This document shows, piece by piece, positions 61,692 through 64,000 of a DNA stretch of 64,000 nt. A program made the position numbers and the translations under genes. The notes under the pieces were generated by a model. The model was not told where the DNA came from. It made no database searches and saw only the letters and a program-made list of their open reading frames with translations. Positions within the stretch are counted from its first letter, which is position 1, and each line of letters starts with the position of its first letter. Origin of the DNA: Trueperaceae bacterium (GTDB lineage: Bacteria; Deinococcota; Deinococci; Deinococcales; Trueperaceae); NCBI GenBank assembly GCA_965214405.1, contig OZ243956.1, forward strand, positions 1,184,001 to 1,248,000, in the 5' to 3' direction.

Positions 61692-61775
61692 GTGAAGGTT
61701 GCCAGAAGTCTTTTTTTCCTGCTGAGTTTCACCATAGCGTTCGCCACCCCATACCCGCTCACGGTTACGGACGGG
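61692..61775 (+). pseudogene. 5' fragment of a BtuF-like corrinoid/iron ABC binding protein
   Basis: GGAGG RBS, GTG, signal peptide, then the YPLTVTD family motif; similarity ends after TVTDG. Confidence 0.7.
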
Positions 61776-61921
61776 TCACCGGGCGAGCCCTTGCCCTCCG
61801 CCTTGCGCATGAACAGGTACTTCTTGTTCGCTAGGGTTAGCTGCACCATCGTCGACACCACCTTCTGCTCCTCACCCTCTTGGTCGTCTTTCTCGGTTGA
61901 CGGGTCACGCTTTCGCGCCAT
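61776..61921 (-). pseudogene. Small ORF (MARKRDPS...KKYLFMRKAEGKGS), probably 3'-truncated at the junction
   Basis: High GC3 codon use to about 61776, then reads antisense into the riboswitch. Confidence 0.4.
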
Positions 61922-61965
61922 TAGCCAGACTTCTTACAAACTACCCGAGCCTTCACAGCGCCCGC

Positions 61966-62342
61966 CTACTCCAGCCTTTCTGGGGTGAAGCTGTAGCGCA
62001 CCAGACTGATGCCCGGCGCACCCGTTCCCACGGTACGGATGAGGTACTGCCCGTCCTCCTGCGGCGTGAAGGTCAGCTCAGGTGGTGCGGCGAAGGTGCT
62101 GTAGTTATGGGTGGTGTCAAGGGGCTCCTCTTCACCTACCTGGTAGAACTCGACCTGGTAGGAGCCGTTGTAGCGGCTGTCGGAGGTGTCATAGTCGAAA
62201 GAGAGCAAGACGGTCTCGTTGAACGTGCCCATGAAGCGGTAGGTGTTAAAGGAATCGACGCAGATGGCGGGTAGCCCTAGGCGCATCCCTTGGAGGATCA
62301 TCGGGACGCTCAAGTTGTCTTCGGGGTCGAGCAGCGTGAACC
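61966..62342 (-). pseudogene. 3' fragment of an unknown gene (beta-sandwich-like tail)
   Basis: High GC3 frame ending LTFTPQEDGQYLIRTVG...; in-frame stop just upstream of 62345 and no convincing start. Confidence 0.5.
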
Positions 62343-62588
62343 GAGCAAGACGTCACCCCTTACAGAGTCAGTCAGGTCTCAGATTTAAGCCTCACGACGG
62401 TCTATGGGATCAACAAAGACAAAACGACGAGAATTGATGAGGTGACGTTAAGTGCGCTTTTAGTTGCCCTGGAAGACCTCACAGGGAAGCGCTTGGAGGT
62501 CTCGGATATTGTGGCGTTCGGGCGCGACTCACAAGGACAAAGCGCGTGGTTGCTGAGGTGGTTTTGGAGCATAAAAGCTATTGTGTGA
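62343..62588 (+). pseudogene. 5'-truncated Cro/C1 (HTH_26-like) regulator
   Basis: EQDVTPYRVSQVSDLSLTTVYGINKDKTTRIDEVTLSALLVALEDLTGKRLEVSDIV; preceded by in-frame TGA with no start codon. Confidence 0.65.
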
Positions 62589-62591
62589 AAT

Positions 62592-64000
62592 ATGGAAGAT
62601 AACTTTGTAGGGTTTGACGCACAACATTGGGACACGAACACGAAGCAATTCCTTCGCGCTCATCTTTCGACCTCTCCTAACGATCATCTGCGTATTGCAA
62701 CCGGCTTTTTTACAGTGGCTGGACAAGAAGCGTTGCGCTCTGGTTTTGAGACGACTGCCTGGATTCTTGTCGGTTTCGATGAGAATGCTGCCGAATCAGA
62801 GGTCGAGAATATTACGAAGGTTATTCAGCGTGAGCTGGAAACGACACACACGCTTACTTACGAAGTTATCCGCCATTTAGCAGATGAACTGAGCGAGCGT
62901 GTCCGTGTGGTGCAAACCCGCTACAGGCGTGGAGACCATGCAAAGGTGATCATTTATGGTTCTCGCGCCGCCTTTCTCGGAAGTCCGAACTTGACAATAG
63001 GCGGCATGAATCGGAATACGGAAAGCCTCCATTACGAAAACGATTCCAATGAAGTAATCGGCTGGGTTACAGCTTTCGATCAAAAGTGGCACGATGATCA
63101 TAGAAACCGCGATGTTACGGAGGAAATCCGCGCGTTACTGCTGGAGGCGCTGAAATTTGCATCACCTTTCGACGCTTATCTTGCCGCTTGTCACGCGATT
63201 TTAGATGAACGGGTTCCGGTTCACACACGTGACGACTACATCGAGCCTTTGCCCTATCAAACGGTTGTTGCGCGTCGAGCTGCGGCATCGATCTCTCATA
63301 ATAGCGAGCGGGGTCACTGGATCATAGCCAGTACCGGATTGGGTAAAACGGTTATGGCGACGCATGTCGCACTCCTTCTTTACGAACACCGCCACGTTCG
63401 AGAGGTTATTGTCATTGCGCCAGCTCGGACTCAAGAGGAGTGGAAGCGGAGAATGCGCTCCGCCCGGCTCAGCGCTGAAGTCTTTAGCACTTCAATTCTC
63501 CGACGCGATCCAGAAGGGAAGGATCAAATTCGGTCCCGACAGCTTCAGCGTGAATTCGACGCTGCTACGAAAGAAACCTTATTGATTATAGATGAAAGCC
63601 ACGAATTTCGTAATCGTTACAATGATATAGAGGGAGAGGTCCAGGAACGTATTTTTGCCAGTCGCCTCGAGTTCGTTACGCAAAATAGAGGGGCTCGCGT
63701 ACTGCTACTCACGGCGACGCCTTATGCAAAAAGCTTACAAGGCATTAACAACCAACTACTCTTGCTTCCTCATACCGCAAACGATTCCGGTACTAAGGCA
63801 CATAGCATTCAGAGTATAGAGGAAATCTACCGCGTTCCAGTCGTGACTGCGCTTAGCTACAACACCGTACGTGAGCAGTTTGCACAACGTGACCACACTG
63901 GCACATTTGTCACGTTTCAAGATGATTCTCGAGGCTATATTCAAACGCTACAGCTAGAGCGCGTTGAGTTTACACCGCTTGCGGCTGAACCCGTGATGCG
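62592..64000 (+). CDS. PLD-family nuclease fused to SNF2/SF2 helicase (partial; absent from ORF track)
   Basis: Open from ATG 62592 to the window end: IATGFF, HAK...GSPNLT..GMNRNTE (62937 on), LPYQ, ASTGLGKT, IIDESH (63591), LLLTATP. Confidence 0.9.
   Translation, partial: MEDNFVGFDAQHWDTNTKQFLRAHLSTSPNDHLRIATGFFTVAGQEALRSGFETTAWILVGFDENAAESEVENITKVIQRELETTHTLTYEVIRHLADELSERVRVVQTRYRRGDHAKVIIYGSRAAFLGSPNLTIGGMNRNTESLHYENDSNEVIGWVTAFDQKWHDDHRNRDVTEEIRALLLEALKFASPFDAYLAACHAILDERVPVHTRDDYIEPLPYQTVVARRAAASISHNSERGHWIIASTGLGKTVMATHVALLLYEHRHVREVIVIAPARTQEEWKRRMRSARLSAEVFSTSILRRDPEGKDQIRSRQLQREFDAATKETLLIIDESHEFRNRYNDIEGEVQERIFASRLEFVTQNRGARVLLLTATPYAKSLQGINNQLLLLPHTANDSGTKAHSIQSIEEIYRVPVVTALSYNTVREQFAQRDHTGTFVTFQDDSRGYIQTLQLERVEFTPLAAEPVM

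Noticed and set aside
61436..61775. C-terminal half of ORF 61436-61921 as real protein
   Set aside because: It is read-through antisense to the riboswitch and btuF fragment, created by the junction.

Overview
GC-rich bacterial chromosomal segment, most consistent with Deinococcota (Truepera-like). This is inferred from LysW-pathway lysZ/lysJ, a fused chorismate mutase/DAHP synthase, amylosucrase, a TPR-GGDEF protein and a Tat-exported desiccation-type ferritin-like protein. Mostly housekeeping and metabolic genes: a myo-inositol cluster (iolC/G/D/G2, sugar ABC, DeoR, iolB), a TAXI-TRAP transporter, tatAC, purEK, sua5, rpmB, argF-argC-argJ, four c-di-GMP enzymes, and a GbsR-regulated LolCDE/LolA-like envelope operon with an SDR and a TspO-like gene. 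Two genes are split by single-base frameshifts, probably sequencing errors. Notable features: (1) AT-rich passenger genes wired into core operons (a Schlafen/AlbA_2-HATPase gene inside iol, an orphan between lysZ and lysJ); (2) an unannotated 33-aa leader ORF plus terminator-like structure in front of the TPR-diguanylate cyclase; (3) a cobalamin riboswitch whose BtuF-like target is cut off after about 28 codons by a mosaic of fragments, followed by a PLD-nuclease/SNF2-helicase gene that is missing from the ORF track and runs off the window; (4) an IS4 remnant with a palindromic insert; (5) strong CTCGAG iteration and heptamer-repeat hairpins. No CRISPR array, tRNA or rRNA was seen.
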